Notes under the pieces: model-generated | The model's database searches: none | Told to the model about the DNA's origin: nothing | Seen by the model: the letters and a program-made list of their open reading frames with translations, nothing else | Part shown: positions 30,460-40,615 of the stretch, piece after piece | How the letters are laid out: each line of letters starts with the position of its first letter | Numbering within the stretch: the first letter of the stretch is position 1 | Position numbers and translations under genes: made by a program | Assembly: GCA_964291415.2 (NCBI GenBank) | Contig: OZ219919.1 | Location: forward strand, 32,001-96,000 | Origin: Alphaproteobacteria bacterium | GTDB lineage: Bacteria; Pseudomonadota; Alphaproteobacteria; SP197 | Direction: 5' to 3' | Length of the DNA: 64,000 bases

Positions 30460-31227
30460 ATGTCACTGCTCGAGATCGTCGACTCGGACGGCCGTCCGGC
30501 CCGCGTCGTGCTGCGCCGGTGCGGGCAGGCAAACCTGCGCGCCAATCCAGATGCCGCCCACGCGGAGTTTCACCTCCTGACGCACCTGGCGGCCCGCGGA
30601 TTGCCGGTGCCGCGGGCGCTGGCTCACGATTCTGCCTGCGCGACACCATGGCTGCTTCTGGAGTACCGCGACGGTGAGCCGCTCTGGCATCCATCGGAGA
30701 AGCACACCCTGGCGATGGCCGGTTTTCTTGCGGATCTGCACGCAATCGCACCCGGCGATGCACTCCCCTTCGTGCCGCGCCAGATCATGCCCGATGTTCC
30801 GGCATCCACCCTTCTCGATCTGCCGGCTGACCTCGACTGGCCACCTGGCGCGCCGGGCGCCCGCCGGCTGCTCCACGGCGACTTCTGGACCGGCAACGTC
30901 TTGTGGAAGGACGGCGGTCTGGCAGCAGTGATCGACTGGGAGGACGCCATGATCGGCGATCCCCTTGCCGATCTCGCGATTGCCCGTTCGAACCTCGTGT
31001 GGACACACGGCGCAGCGGCCTGTCGCGCCTTTACGGCGTCCTACCGCAACGCCATGGGCATTGACCCGCATCGCCTGTGGCTATGGGACATCCATGCCGC
31101 CACGACCATGGCGCCGCAGGCAGCGGACTACGCCGCTGACTGGCAGGATCTCGGCCGCAAGGACGTCAGCGAAGAGGTGATCCTCGAGCGGCTCCAGGAA
31201 CTCGTCGACGGTGCCGTGATGCCGTGA
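30460..31227 (+). CDS. Aminoglycoside phosphotransferase / choline kinase family protein
   Basis: LLHGDFWTGNVLW, VIDWED, GDPLADLA; the true start is probably upstream (see findings). Confidence 0.85.
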   Translation: MSLLEIVDSDGRPARVVLRRCGQANLRANPDAAHAEFHLLTHLAARGLPVPRALAHDSACATPWLLLEYRDGEPLWHPSEKHTLAMAGFLADLHAIAPGDALPFVPRQIMPDVPASTLLDLPADLDWPPGAPGARRLLHGDFWTGNVLWKDGGLAAVIDWEDAMIGDPLADLAIARSNLVWTHGAAACRAFTASYRNAMGIDPHRLWLWDIHAATTMAPQAADYAADWQDLGRKDVSEEVILERLQELVDGAVMP

Positions 31228-33582
31228 TCAGGACCGCGGGCGTTCCTTCTTGGGATCATAGAAGGGGAAGGGCACCACGGTGGCCGGAATGCGCTTCTGG
31301 TGTCCGTCCATCTTGCCCACCTCGACCTCGTCACCGATCGAAGCATGGTTCACATCCATGCGCGCCAACGCGATGTTGCGATTGAGCAAAGGTGACCGCA
31401 TGCCGCTCGTGACAACACCCACCTGCGCCCGTGCCACACGTACGCAGTCACCGTGGGCCGCTGCCTCGTTGCCCTCGAGTTCCAGCCCGACAAGCTTGCG
31501 CTGGGGGTGGGCCTTGCGGCGCTCGAGAGCCTGACGGCCAACGAAGTCCTCCTCCGTCGTCTTCAGCCCCACGGTGAAGCCGATCCCGGCCTCGAAGGGA
31601 TCCGTCTGGTCATCGAATTCCTGACCGGCGAACACCAGGCCCGCCTCGATGCGCAGGAGATCGAGGCCATCAAGACCCAGGGGCAGGATGCCATGCGGCT
31701 CGCCAGCCTCGAACACGGCATCCCAGACCTCTTCGGCGTGCCGGGGATGGCACCACACCTCGTAACCCAGCTCACCGGTGTATCCCGTCCGCGACACGAC
31801 CACAGGCACGCCGTTGTGGTCGCCAACGCGACCGACTGTGAACCTGAACCAGTTGATCTCGTCGACACGCGGGTTTGCCGGTGCCGTCCAGATGATGTCG
31901 CCCAGAAGGTCGCGGCTGCGCGGCCCCTGAATGGCAAGGTTGTGCAGTTGATCGGTGGAACTGCGCACCAGCGCCCGCAACCCCCACTCCTTCGCCTTGG
32001 CGCGCAGCCATTCACCGCCGAAGTCCGTGCCGCCGATCCAGCGATAGCCGGTCTCCGACAGGCGGAACAGCGTCCCGTCGTCGATCATGCCGCCGTGGTC
32101 GTAGCACATCGCCGAATAGACGACATGGTGATCAGCCATGCGCCTGACGTTGCGTGTCAGGGTCCTCTGCATGAGTTCGCCGGCATCGGGTCCGGTGACC
32201 TCGAACTTGCGCAGGGGAGAAAGATCCATGGCGGTGACACGTTCCCGGCACGCCCAGTACTCGTCGACTGCACCGTGGTTGGTGTAGTGGGTGGGCAGCC
32301 AGAAGCCGTTGTATTCGGTGAAGTTGCGAGTCCGTGCGGCCGTGCGTCCGTGGAACCCTGTCTCGCGGGTCATCTGGGGGTCGGAATCGGGCATGGGTCT
32401 GTTGGCGATCGCCTTCCTGAAGAGATTGTCCCCGGGATAGATGCGGATGAGGATATCCGTGGGATTCCAGCCGTTGGCGGAGGAGATGGCATCCGGACAC
32501 GAGGTGTTCACGCACACGACGTCCTGCAGGGCGCGGCACAGCACGTAGTCACCGGGGCGTGACCATGGCTCGTCGAGATAGATCTGATAGTTGTCGTCGA
32601 CCAGCGAGTTGTAGAAGAAATTCATCGCCTGCCAGCCCTTGCGCGGGCGCACGTCATATGGCTCGAGCGAGGCGTTCATGTTGTCGGTGCAGTTCACGTG
32701 GCCGGGATAGCCGACGTCGTCGTAGTACTTCGCCGTGCAGGCGAAATTGAAGCTGTCGTGGCGGCCCACCGTGTCCTGGATGATCTCGATCGAGGGCTGA
32801 AGGTCGGCATCGAAGAGCTTGGAGAAGAGGCCCGGAGCGGGATAGGCGGCGCCATTGAGAACACGGGTGGCGGTGGGATCGATATCACGTTCCAGTCTCC
32901 GGTCGAGCGCGGCAAGCGACAGGGCCTGGAAGTCAGAACACTGGCGTCCCTCGACATCGAGGACCTGGATGTATTCGCCCTCTTTCACCTCGTAGGCCCG
33001 GGCGGTACCGGGCCCAAGACGAAACTCGTCACGCGGCTCGGCTAGGGGGTCGGGCAGGCTCCGTTCCGCCGCCACGGCGGCATCCTTGCGGTGGACGAAG
33101 AGTTCGAGAGGTGTCGGCGGCCACTGCGCCGAGACCTCCATGGGTTCCCCGGGCGCGGCGACGATGGCGAAGCCGTCCTCTTCCACGGTGATCTCCTCAT
33201 CCACCCCGGCAGGTGTCCCGGGGCCGAAGAGGTGCACTGCGTGATCAAAGCGAGAGGTCCAGCCCTTGCGTGCGAGCGTGTCGAGCAGCGACCGGGCCGC
33301 CTCGCCACCCCCGGTCAACATGGCCGCGAGACCGGCCGCCGGACCGGAATCGGCACGGCCGAGAATACCGGGAACCTGTCGTGCCGCGTTGTCAAAGGCG
33401 ACGATTTCGCATGTCTGGCCGCCTTCGGTGTTGACGATCTTCAGGGTGTCACCGGCAAGGACCGTGATCACCACGGAGCCGGCAGCCGGCACCACGTAGC
33501 GTTCAACGCCTGGCGGCAGTCTCCTGATACCGGGAATCAACAAGCGCGGGCGTTCACGCGCTTCGGCCACCATCACCGCCAT
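31228..33582 (-). CDS. tdm: Trimethylamine N-oxide demethylase-like protein (DUF1989 + GcvT aminomethyltransferase)
   Basis: 784 aa; N-terminal DUF1989 with GRHDSFNFAC, GHVNC and SCPD metal-ligand motifs; C-terminal GcvT fold (DLSPLRKFEV, RTGYTGELGYE, LRIEAGL, PFYDP). This architecture is that of characterised Tdm. Confidence 0.82.
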   Translation of the reverse strand: MAVMVAEARERPRLLIPGIRRLPPGVERYVVPAAGSVVITVLAGDTLKIVNTEGGQTCEIVAFDNAARQVPGILGRADSGPAAGLAAMLTGGGEAARSLLDTLARKGWTSRFDHAVHLFGPGTPAGVDEEITVEEDGFAIVAAPGEPMEVSAQWPPTPLELFVHRKDAAVAAERSLPDPLAEPRDEFRLGPGTARAYEVKEGEYIQVLDVEGRQCSDFQALSLAALDRRLERDIDPTATRVLNGAAYPAPGLFSKLFDADLQPSIEIIQDTVGRHDSFNFACTAKYYDDVGYPGHVNCTDNMNASLEPYDVRPRKGWQAMNFFYNSLVDDNYQIYLDEPWSRPGDYVLCRALQDVVCVNTSCPDAISSANGWNPTDILIRIYPGDNLFRKAIANRPMPDSDPQMTRETGFHGRTAARTRNFTEYNGFWLPTHYTNHGAVDEYWACRERVTAMDLSPLRKFEVTGPDAGELMQRTLTRNVRRMADHHVVYSAMCYDHGGMIDDGTLFRLSETGYRWIGGTDFGGEWLRAKAKEWGLRALVRSSTDQLHNLAIQGPRSRDLLGDIIWTAPANPRVDEINWFRFTVGRVGDHNGVPVVVSRTGYTGELGYEVWCHPRHAEEVWDAVFEAGEPHGILPLGLDGLDLLRIEAGLVFAGQEFDDQTDPFEAGIGFTVGLKTTEEDFVGRQALERRKAHPQRKLVGLELEGNEAAAHGDCVRVARAQVGVVTSGMRSPLLNRNIALARMDVNHASIGDEVEVGKMDGHQKRIPATVVPFPFYDPKKERPRS

Positions 33583-33739
33583 GGTCAGCTCCGTCGTGCA
33601 GCATGAATCACAACGATAGCAACCGGGCCCTGTAGCCGCAACTCGCCGGCACCGCAGATGCAGGTCTCCATCCCGCCCCCCTTTTCATTGTCCGCGTGTT
33701 TCTCTACATCGTGATGCGACTGCGGCCGGCCGGATCTGG

Positions 33740-36040
33740 ATGAACGAACTAACCCTCTCTCATGGGCTTGCCTTTCGCGACCTTTACAGTCGTGAAGGTC
33801 TCGTGCGTCTCGACCACGCCTTCAGCGAGGCGTTGCAGCGCCACGACGTAGCTCTCTACAACCGGTTGATGAGTGCCCGGGCGGCCCCCGGAGACCTCTC
33901 CGACAGGGAGCACTCCGACCTCCTCGTCGACCTTGGACCCTTTGTCGAGGACTTCATCGCCGATCTCTTCCGGGTGACGGGCGACCTCGATCGTCAACGC
34001 GCGGCGAGCCGCGACCTCGACCCGGTCTACCAGTGCAAGCTTGTCTTCGTGCGCCGGCGTGCCGCACGTGTCCGGCTGGAAGAGGACATCGATGCCATCG
34101 ATGGCGAGGTCCTCACACGTGAGGTCGAGACGCTGATCGGCGGGGACTTCGACGAGCTTGAATTCTCGCGGGCCGTTCTTGGCTGGCTCGAGGACGAATC
34201 GGGCCACGCGGACGAGATCGCCTGCGCGGAACGGTTTGCGGCGTGGGCCACGCGCTCGCGTACCGGAATGTTGCGGTATCGCAAGAGCGCCCTCTTCCGC
34301 CTGCCCCGGAGGACGGATCCCGACAGCCTGGTGCCGGTGGTCACCGAGGTGAAGGACGGCGTCACCATGCTTGCCGCCCCATCTGAAGACCTGCGCACCA
34401 GGGAGGGTTTCGCGCTGACCGATGAGGGCATGGATCTCGCGCAGGCGATGGCGCACGCCAACTACTGCATCTTCTGCCACAACCAGGGCAAGGACAGCTG
34501 CTCGAAGGGTCTGCTGGAGAAGCAGGGCACGTCCTTCCGTACCTCGGCCCACCGCATCCCCCTGGCCGGATGTCCTCTTGACGAGAAGATCAGCGAAATG
34601 AACCTGCTGAAGGCCCGGGGACACGGCCTCGCCGCTCTCGCCGTCGTCATGATCGACAATCCGCTCGCCGCCGCCACGGGCCATCGCATCTGCAACGACT
34701 GCATGAAGGCCTGCATCTACCAGAAGCAGGAGCCTGTCGACATTCCGCAGGTCGAGACCCGTACGCTGAAGGATGTCCTGGCCCTGCCCTGGGGGTTCGA
34801 GATCTACAGCCTGCTGTCCCGGTGGAACCCCCTCAACCTGACGCATCCCGTGCCGCGCCCGCCGTCCGGGCGCCGCGTGCTGGTGGTGGGCACCGGTCCC
34901 GCCGGCTTCAGCCTGGCCCATCACCTGCAGAACGACGGTCACACGGTCGTGGCCATCGACGGGCTCAAGATCGAACCCCTCGATCCCGATGTCTCCGGCA
35001 TCGACATCTTCGGCAGCCGGAGGGCGTTCCGGCCCATTCGCGACATCGCGGAACTCCACGAGTCCCTCGACGACAGGGTGATGGCGGGATTCGGCGGCGT
35101 GGCCGAGTACGGCATCACGGTGCGCTGGGACAAGAACTTCCTCAAGCTGATACGCCTGCAGCTGGAACGGCGTTCGTCGTTCCGGATGTACGGCGGTGTG
35201 CGCTTCGGCGGCACGGTCACCATCGAAAGCGCATTCGCCATGGGCTTTGATCACATCGCGCACTGTGCCGGAGCCGGACGACCGCAACTCATCGACATGC
35301 CCAACGCCCTCGCCCGGGGCGTTCGCATGGCCTCCGATTTCCTCATGGCGCTGCAGCTGACCGGCGCCGCCAGACAGGTGTCGATCGCCAATCTCCAGCT
35401 GCGCCTTCCTGCCGTCGTCATCGGCGGCGGACTGACCGCCATCGACACGGCGACCGAGGCCCTTGCCTACTACCCGCGCCAGGTCGAGCGGTTCCTCGAT
35501 CGCTACCGGATCCTCGTTTCCGAACTCGGCGAGGAGCACGTGCGGGCGTCGTGGAGCGAGGAGGAGGCTGTCATTGCCGACACCTTCATGGATCATGCGA
35601 GCGCGATCGCCCGGGAGCGCGGGGAGGCGGCCAGGGAGAACCGCGAGCCGGATCTTCTGGGCCTTCTCGATTCGTGGGGCGGGGTCACCATCGCCTACCG
35701 CCGCGACCTGAGCGAAGCGCCGAGCTACCGTCTCAACCACGAGGAGGTGGCGCTGGCCCTCCAGGAGGGAATTCGCCTGGCGCCGGAGATGGTTCCGGTT
35801 GCCGTCGAGGTCGACCGGCAGCGCCACGTCAGCGGAGTCCGCTTCTCGGACAGCTGTGGCAGAGAACACGTGCTCGAGGCCCGCACCCTCCTGGTGGCCG
35901 CCGGGACCCGCCCGAACACGGTCCTGGCGCGGGAATCGGACATCGTGTCGATGGACGGCCGCTTCTTCCAGGCGCTCGACCGCGACGGCAGGCCCGTCAC
36001 GCCCGAGGCGAACGTCAAGCCGACCAGACCCAGGTCCTGA
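33740..36040 (+). CDS. FAD/Fe-S oxidoreductase, N-terminal part (GltD/NfnB-like)
   Basis: CIFCH..GKDSC, GCPLDEKISE, TGHRICNDCMKAC, VVGTGPAG, VIGGGLTAID; ends at a probable frameshift. Confidence 0.85.
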   Translation: MNELTLSHGLAFRDLYSREGLVRLDHAFSEALQRHDVALYNRLMSARAAPGDLSDREHSDLLVDLGPFVEDFIADLFRVTGDLDRQRAASRDLDPVYQCKLVFVRRRAARVRLEEDIDAIDGEVLTREVETLIGGDFDELEFSRAVLGWLEDESGHADEIACAERFAAWATRSRTGMLRYRKSALFRLPRRTDPDSLVPVVTEVKDGVTMLAAPSEDLRTREGFALTDEGMDLAQAMAHANYCIFCHNQGKDSCSKGLLEKQGTSFRTSAHRIPLAGCPLDEKISEMNLLKARGHGLAALAVVMIDNPLAAATGHRICNDCMKACIYQKQEPVDIPQVETRTLKDVLALPWGFEIYSLLSRWNPLNLTHPVPRPPSGRRVLVVGTGPAGFSLAHHLQNDGHTVVAIDGLKIEPLDPDVSGIDIFGSRRAFRPIRDIAELHESLDDRVMAGFGGVAEYGITVRWDKNFLKLIRLQLERRSSFRMYGGVRFGGTVTIESAFAMGFDHIAHCAGAGRPQLIDMPNALARGVRMASDFLMALQLTGAARQVSIANLQLRLPAVVIGGGLTAIDTATEALAYYPRQVERFLDRYRILVSELGEEHVRASWSEEEAVIADTFMDHASAIARERGEAARENREPDLLGLLDSWGGVTIAYRRDLSEAPSYRLNHEEVALALQEGIRLAPEMVPVAVEVDRQRHVSGVRFSDSCGREHVLEARTLLVAAGTRPNTVLARESDIVSMDGRFFQALDRDGRPVTPEANVKPTRPRS

Positions 36041-37221
36041 TGCACACGGACGGGGAAGGCCGGGGGGTGAGTTACCACGGCGACCTCCACCCGAGCTTTG
36101 CCGGGAACGTCGTCAAGGCGCTCGGTGGCGCGAAGCGTGCGTGGCCGGTGATCTCGGACATGCTGGGCAGCCTGGACGGCCTCCCGCGCCAGGACAGCGA
36201 GACCTTCTTTCACGACCTCGACTCCCGGCTCATTGCCCGCGTCACCCGTGTGACCCGGCTGACGCCCACCATCATCGAGGTCGAGGTCGAGGCGCCGGAG
36301 GCCGCGAGAGCCTTCCGCCCGGGCCAGTTCTACCGCCTGCAGAACTTCGAGGCCTGCGCACCGCGGGGCCGGGACGGCACGCTGCTGGCCATGGAACCGC
36401 TGGCCATGACCGGTGCGGGCATCTCGGCGGATGCCACCAGGATCAGCATCATCGGTCTCGAGATGGGCGGATCCTCCGACCTGATGGGGTATCTCGAGCC
36501 CGGCGAGCCGGTCATCCTGATGGGCCCCACCGGCAGCCCGACGGAGATTCCCGCGGCCGGAACCGTTCTCCTGGTGGGCGGAGGCCTCGGCAACGCTGTC
36601 CTCTTTTCCATCGGCCAGGCGATGCGCCGGGCCGGCTCACGGGTGCTCTATTGCGCCGGCTACCGCAAGGTCGTCGACCGCTACAAGACCGACGAGATCG
36701 AGGCTGCGGCGGATGCCGTGATCTGGGCCTGCGAGGAAGCGCCGGGATACGGTGCGGCGCGGCCGCAGGACCGCTGCTTCGTCGGCAACGTCGTCGAGGC
36801 CCTCGTCGCCTACCAGGAAGGGCGGCTCGGCGAACGGCCCGTCGAACTCGGCGATGTCGACCGAATCATTTCCATCGGCTCGGACCGCATGATGGCTGCC
36901 GTCAAGGCGGCACGCTCGGGCGCTCTCAAGCCCTGGCTGAAGCGCGATCATGTCGCCATCGCCTCCATCAACAGTCCCATGCAGTGCATGATGAAGGAAG
37001 TCTGTGCACAGTGTCTGCAGCCGCACGTCGACCCGAGGACCGGCGAACAGCGCCGGCCCGTGTTCTCGTGTTTCAATCAGGACCAGCCGATGGATTGCGT
37101 CGACTTCGACGGCTTGAGTGAACGCCTCCTGCAGAACGGCGTTCAGGAAAAGCTTACCCGCCTGTGGGTCGACCGGACCCTTGCAGGTCTCGCCCTTTCC
37201 GGACCCGGGGAACATTCATGA
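36040..37221 (+). CDS. FAD/Fe-S oxidoreductase, C-terminal part (end of the GltD-like domain + PyrK/NfnA-like FNR domain)
   Basis: GDLHPSFAGNVVKA, PGQFYRL, MGPTG, VGGGLG, SPMQCMMKEVCAQC. Confidence 0.82.
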   Translation: MHTDGEGRGVSYHGDLHPSFAGNVVKALGGAKRAWPVISDMLGSLDGLPRQDSETFFHDLDSRLIARVTRVTRLTPTIIEVEVEAPEAARAFRPGQFYRLQNFEACAPRGRDGTLLAMEPLAMTGAGISADATRISIIGLEMGGSSDLMGYLEPGEPVILMGPTGSPTEIPAAGTVLLVGGGLGNAVLFSIGQAMRRAGSRVLYCAGYRKVVDRYKTDEIEAAADAVIWACEEAPGYGAARPQDRCFVGNVVEALVAYQEGRLGERPVELGDVDRIISIGSDRMMAAVKAARSGALKPWLKRDHVAIASINSPMQCMMKEVCAQCLQPHVDPRTGEQRRPVFSCFNQDQPMDCVDFDGLSERLLQNGVQEKLTRLWVDRTLAGLALSGPGEHS

Positions 37222-37784
37222 AGGTTCTCATCGTCCTGGCTCATCCCAGAAGGGATTCCCTGACCGGCCAGATCGCCGATGCCGTCGCCGCCGGCCTGAA
37301 CCAGGCCGGACACCAGACCGAAATCGCCGATCTCTATCGCGAGGGCTTCGACCCGCTGCTCATGCCGGAAGACGAACCGGACTGGGGACGCGAGGACAAG
37401 GTCTACAGCGATGCCGTGCGCCAGGAAATGGCGCGACTGGACCGCAATGAGGCCATCATCCTCGTGTTCCCCATCTGGTGGTGGTCGTTCCCGGCCATGC
37501 TGAAGGGCTGGGTCGACCGCGTATGGAACAAGGACTACGCATATGGCTCGAAGACTCTCGGCCACCGCAAGGCGCTGGCTGTCGGCCTGTCTGCCTCCGA
37601 TGCGGAGACCTATGCGAGTACCGGACAGGACGTGGCCATGGAAACGGAGATTGCCAAAGGGCTCTTCCAGTACTGCGGCATCGACGACGCCGGCTTCATC
37701 TTCCTCCACCATTCGACCGACGGCGGCAACCGGGCCACAGACATGATCCGCGAGGCCCGCGACATCGGCCGCGCCTTCGCCTGA
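37218..37784 (+). CDS. NAD(P)H:quinone oxidoreductase, flavodoxin-like fold
   Basis: VLIVLAHP, DLYREGFDP, FPIWWWSFPAMLKGWVDRV. Confidence 0.9.
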   Translation: MKVLIVLAHPRRDSLTGQIADAVAAGLNQAGHQTEIADLYREGFDPLLMPEDEPDWGREDKVYSDAVRQEMARLDRNEAIILVFPIWWWSFPAMLKGWVDRVWNKDYAYGSKTLGHRKALAVGLSASDAETYASTGQDVAMETEIAKGLFQYCGIDDAGFIFLHHSTDGGNRATDMIREARDIGRAFA

Positions 37785-37964
37785 GACGCTCAGCACCGGA
37801 CGTCAGCCCGATCATCCGTGACGGGTTCTCCACGCTTTCGACAGGATCTCGAAGGGCATGCGCTCTCCGGTGGCCTGACGTGAGGTCGGTGCTCTCCCGC
37901 GGATGAGGGCGCAGGCGGTTCCCGCACGGGTAGCGACCTTGTACTGCGCAACGCCGGCAGGCGG

Positions 37965-39274
37965 CTACAGGATGAAGCGCCCGAGATCCGTGTTTCGTGC
38001 CAGGTCGCCTACCCTCTCGTCGACGAACGCGGCGTCGATGACGACGGTGTCGCCGCTACGGTCGGGAGCAGTGAAGCTGATGTCTTCCAGGAGTTTTTCC
38101 ATGACGGTGTGCAGCCGGCGGGCACCGATGTTCTCCACGGTCTCGTTGATCTTCGCGGCAAGATCGGCAAGAGCGTCGATCGCCACTTCGTGAAAATCGA
38201 GCACGACGTCCTCGGTCGCCAGAAGCGCGGTGTACTGGATGATGAGGCTGTTCTCGGGCTCGGTCAGGATGCGCCGGAAATCGTCTCGGTCGAGGGCCTG
38301 GAGTTCGACTCGATTCGGCAACCGTCCCTGAAGCTCCGGCAACAGATCCGACGGCTTGGCGAGATGGAAGGCGCCCGAACAGATGAAGAGAATGTGATCG
38401 GTCTTGACGGACCCATGCTTGGTGGCGACCGTCGTCCCCTCGATGAGGGGCAACAGATCGCGCTGCACCCCTTCGCGGGAAACATCGGCGCCAGCCCGCT
38501 CGTTCCGGGCGGTGATCTTGTCGATCTCGTCGATGAAGACGATGCCGTTCTGCTGCACGGCGTCGATCGCCGCGCGGACCACCATCTCCTCGTCAAGAAG
38601 CTTGTCGGATTCCTCGGCCATCAGACATCGTGGCTCTCGGCAACCTTCATCTTGCGCCGCCGTGTCTGGTTGCCCATCATCTTGCCGAAGACATCGTTGA
38701 GATTGAGCATTCCCATCTGGGCGCCCGGCATGCCGGGGATGTCGAAGGTCGGCAGCGTACCGGAACCGGCATCCTGAAGATCCAGCTCCACCTCGCTGTC
38801 GTCGAGGTCCCCGCGGCGCAGCCGGTCACGCATCTTGTTGCGGGTCTCCTGGCTTGCCTTGTCGCCGACCAGGGCGTCGATGACCCGTTCCTCGGCGGCC
38901 AGTTCCGCCCGCGCCTCGACCTCCTTGCGCATGTCCTCGCGGGTGCTGGTGATCGCGGTCTCCACGAGGTCACGGACGATCTGCTCGACATCGCGTCCGA
39001 CATATCCGACTTCGGTGAACTTGGTCGCCTCGACCTTGAGAAAGGGCGCATTGGAGAGTCGGGCAAGGCGACGCGCGATTTCGGTCTTGCCGACCCCGGT
39101 GGGCCCGATCATCAGGATGTTCTTGGGCAACACCTCTTCCTTGAGGTCATCCGGCAACTGCTGGCGGCGCCAGCGATTGCGCAGGGCGATCGCCACCGCC
39201 CGCTTGGCATCGGTCTGGCCGATGATGAACCGGTCGAGTTCGGAGACGATCTCGCGTGGAGAGAACGATGTCAT
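37965..39274 (-). pseudogene. hslU: ATP-dependent protease ATPase HslU split by a 1-nt deletion (real lesion or assembly error)
   Basis: 5' part: [26 protein letters not shown]. 3' part: [28 protein letters not shown]. Break at GAT GTC TGA TGG CC (~38623), where GTC CTG ATG would restore the frame. Confidence 0.92.
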
Positions 39275-39316
39275 CGGGGATTCCGTACAGTCTTGCCCGG
39301 AGCCTGACAAGGCGAG

Positions 39317-39865
39317 TCACCCTGCATCCAGGACCTCCACGGTGACATGGCGGTTGGTGTAGATGCAGATGTCGGCTGCAATCTCCAGACTCCGGCGGGC
39401 GACCTCCTCGGCCGAAATCCCGTCGACCGCGAGGAGTGCGCGTGCCGCCGCAAGGGCATAGTTGCCGCCCGAGCCGATTCCGATCAGGCCGTCCTCGGGC
39501 TCCAGAACATCGCCCGTGCCCGAAACGATGAGGGAGACCGACCGGTCGGCCACTGCCATCAGGGCCTCCAGGCGCCGAAGATAGCGATCGGTGCGCCAGT
39601 CCTTGGCGAGCTCGACGCAGGATCGCGCCAGCTGGCCGGGATGGCGTTCGAGCTTTTCCTCGAGCCTTTCGAACAGGGTGAAGGCATCGGCGGTCGCGCC
39701 CGCGAAGCCGGCCAGGATGGAGCCCGACCCCAACCGTCGGACCTTGACGGCGTTGGCCTTGACCACGGTATCGCCCATGGACACCTGGCCGTCACCGGCC
39801 ACGACGACACGGTCGCCGCGACGCACCGAGAGGATGGTGGTGCCGTGCCAGGGAGAATTCGCCAT
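39317..39865 (-). CDS. hslV: ATP-dependent protease peptidase subunit HslV
   Basis: [39 protein letters not shown]. Confidence 0.96.
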   Translation of the reverse strand: MANSPWHGTTILSVRRGDRVVVAGDGQVSMGDTVVKANAVKVRRLGSGSILAGFAGATADAFTLFERLEEKLERHPGQLARSCVELAKDWRTDRYLRRLEALMAVADRSVSLIVSGTGDVLEPEDGLIGIGSGGNYALAAARALLAVDGISAEEVARRSLEIAADICIYTNRHVTVEVLDAG

Positions 39866-39895
39866 CACTATGCCCATCCGGATGTCATGGGTTGC

Positions 39896-39924
39896 TATGT
39901 GGCACCCGATCACCACGGATCAAG
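39896..39924 (-). promoter_or_regulatory. Putative RpoH (sigma-32) promoter of hslVU
   Basis: The minus strand reads CTTG-N18-CCACATA about 30 nt upstream of the hslV start, resembling alphaproteobacterial heat-shock promoters. Confidence 0.55.
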
Positions 39925-40567
39925 GGACCCGGCCCGATTCTGCCGTCCCTTCGGCAACTCCCCGATCCGGGATCCCCGAAGGCAATGCTCCACCGCCCCG
40001 GCAAGCGCAAGAGTGCACCGGTACTGTCTGAACTCACCGGGATCGTTTCAGGACTGGTCGAGTCTTGAACTCAACGCTCGATCAAATCCTTGATGCTGTG
40101 GGCCTGCGTCTCGCAGTTGTTCGGCGGTGCGACATCCAAACAACCGGACTCAAACATGCATAACCGAACCGCTCGCCGGCGCATCCCTCTCTATATTCGT
40201 GTATTTACGGTCAAATACCAGCCAAGTCAACCGCTCCCGGCGACATGAGGCGTATGCAGGATGCGTGATTCAGTTGCCTGCAACCGTACTTGCGGACGTC
40301 ATCAGTAACATTTCATAGACGGGCCATAGACCGCCGAATACCGGCAACGGCCAGACAACTCCAACAACCTGTACGCATGAGATACATGGGGCTCGGCGGC
40401 TTCCAAATGAACTGACTACCCGCCTCCGTACGTCATCGCGGTTGCCTTACGTCACCCCGGATGGGGACCAGGAATCCGCCGCAAGGCGCGCACCGTCCTA
40501 GTCTGAGACAAGACGAGCCCGCATCTGCATCAAGAGAACACCACAACCAGACACCAGAAGGACGCCA

Positions 40568-40615
40568 CAACGGCGCACCGCAACGCTACCCCAACGGCGC
40601 ACCGCAACGCTACCC
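40568..40615 (+). repeat. Perfect 24-bp tandem repeat (2 copies)
   Basis: caacggcgcaccgcaacgctaccc at 40568-40591 and 40592-40615. Confidence 0.95.

Noticed and set aside
9836-31230. Convergent gene pairs abutting at TGATCA (9836-9841 and 31225-31230)
   Set aside because: Compact convergent stops are common, and two cases do not indicate a mechanism.
40568-40615. Possible CRISPR array
   Set aside because: Only two adjacent copies, no spacers and no cas genes.
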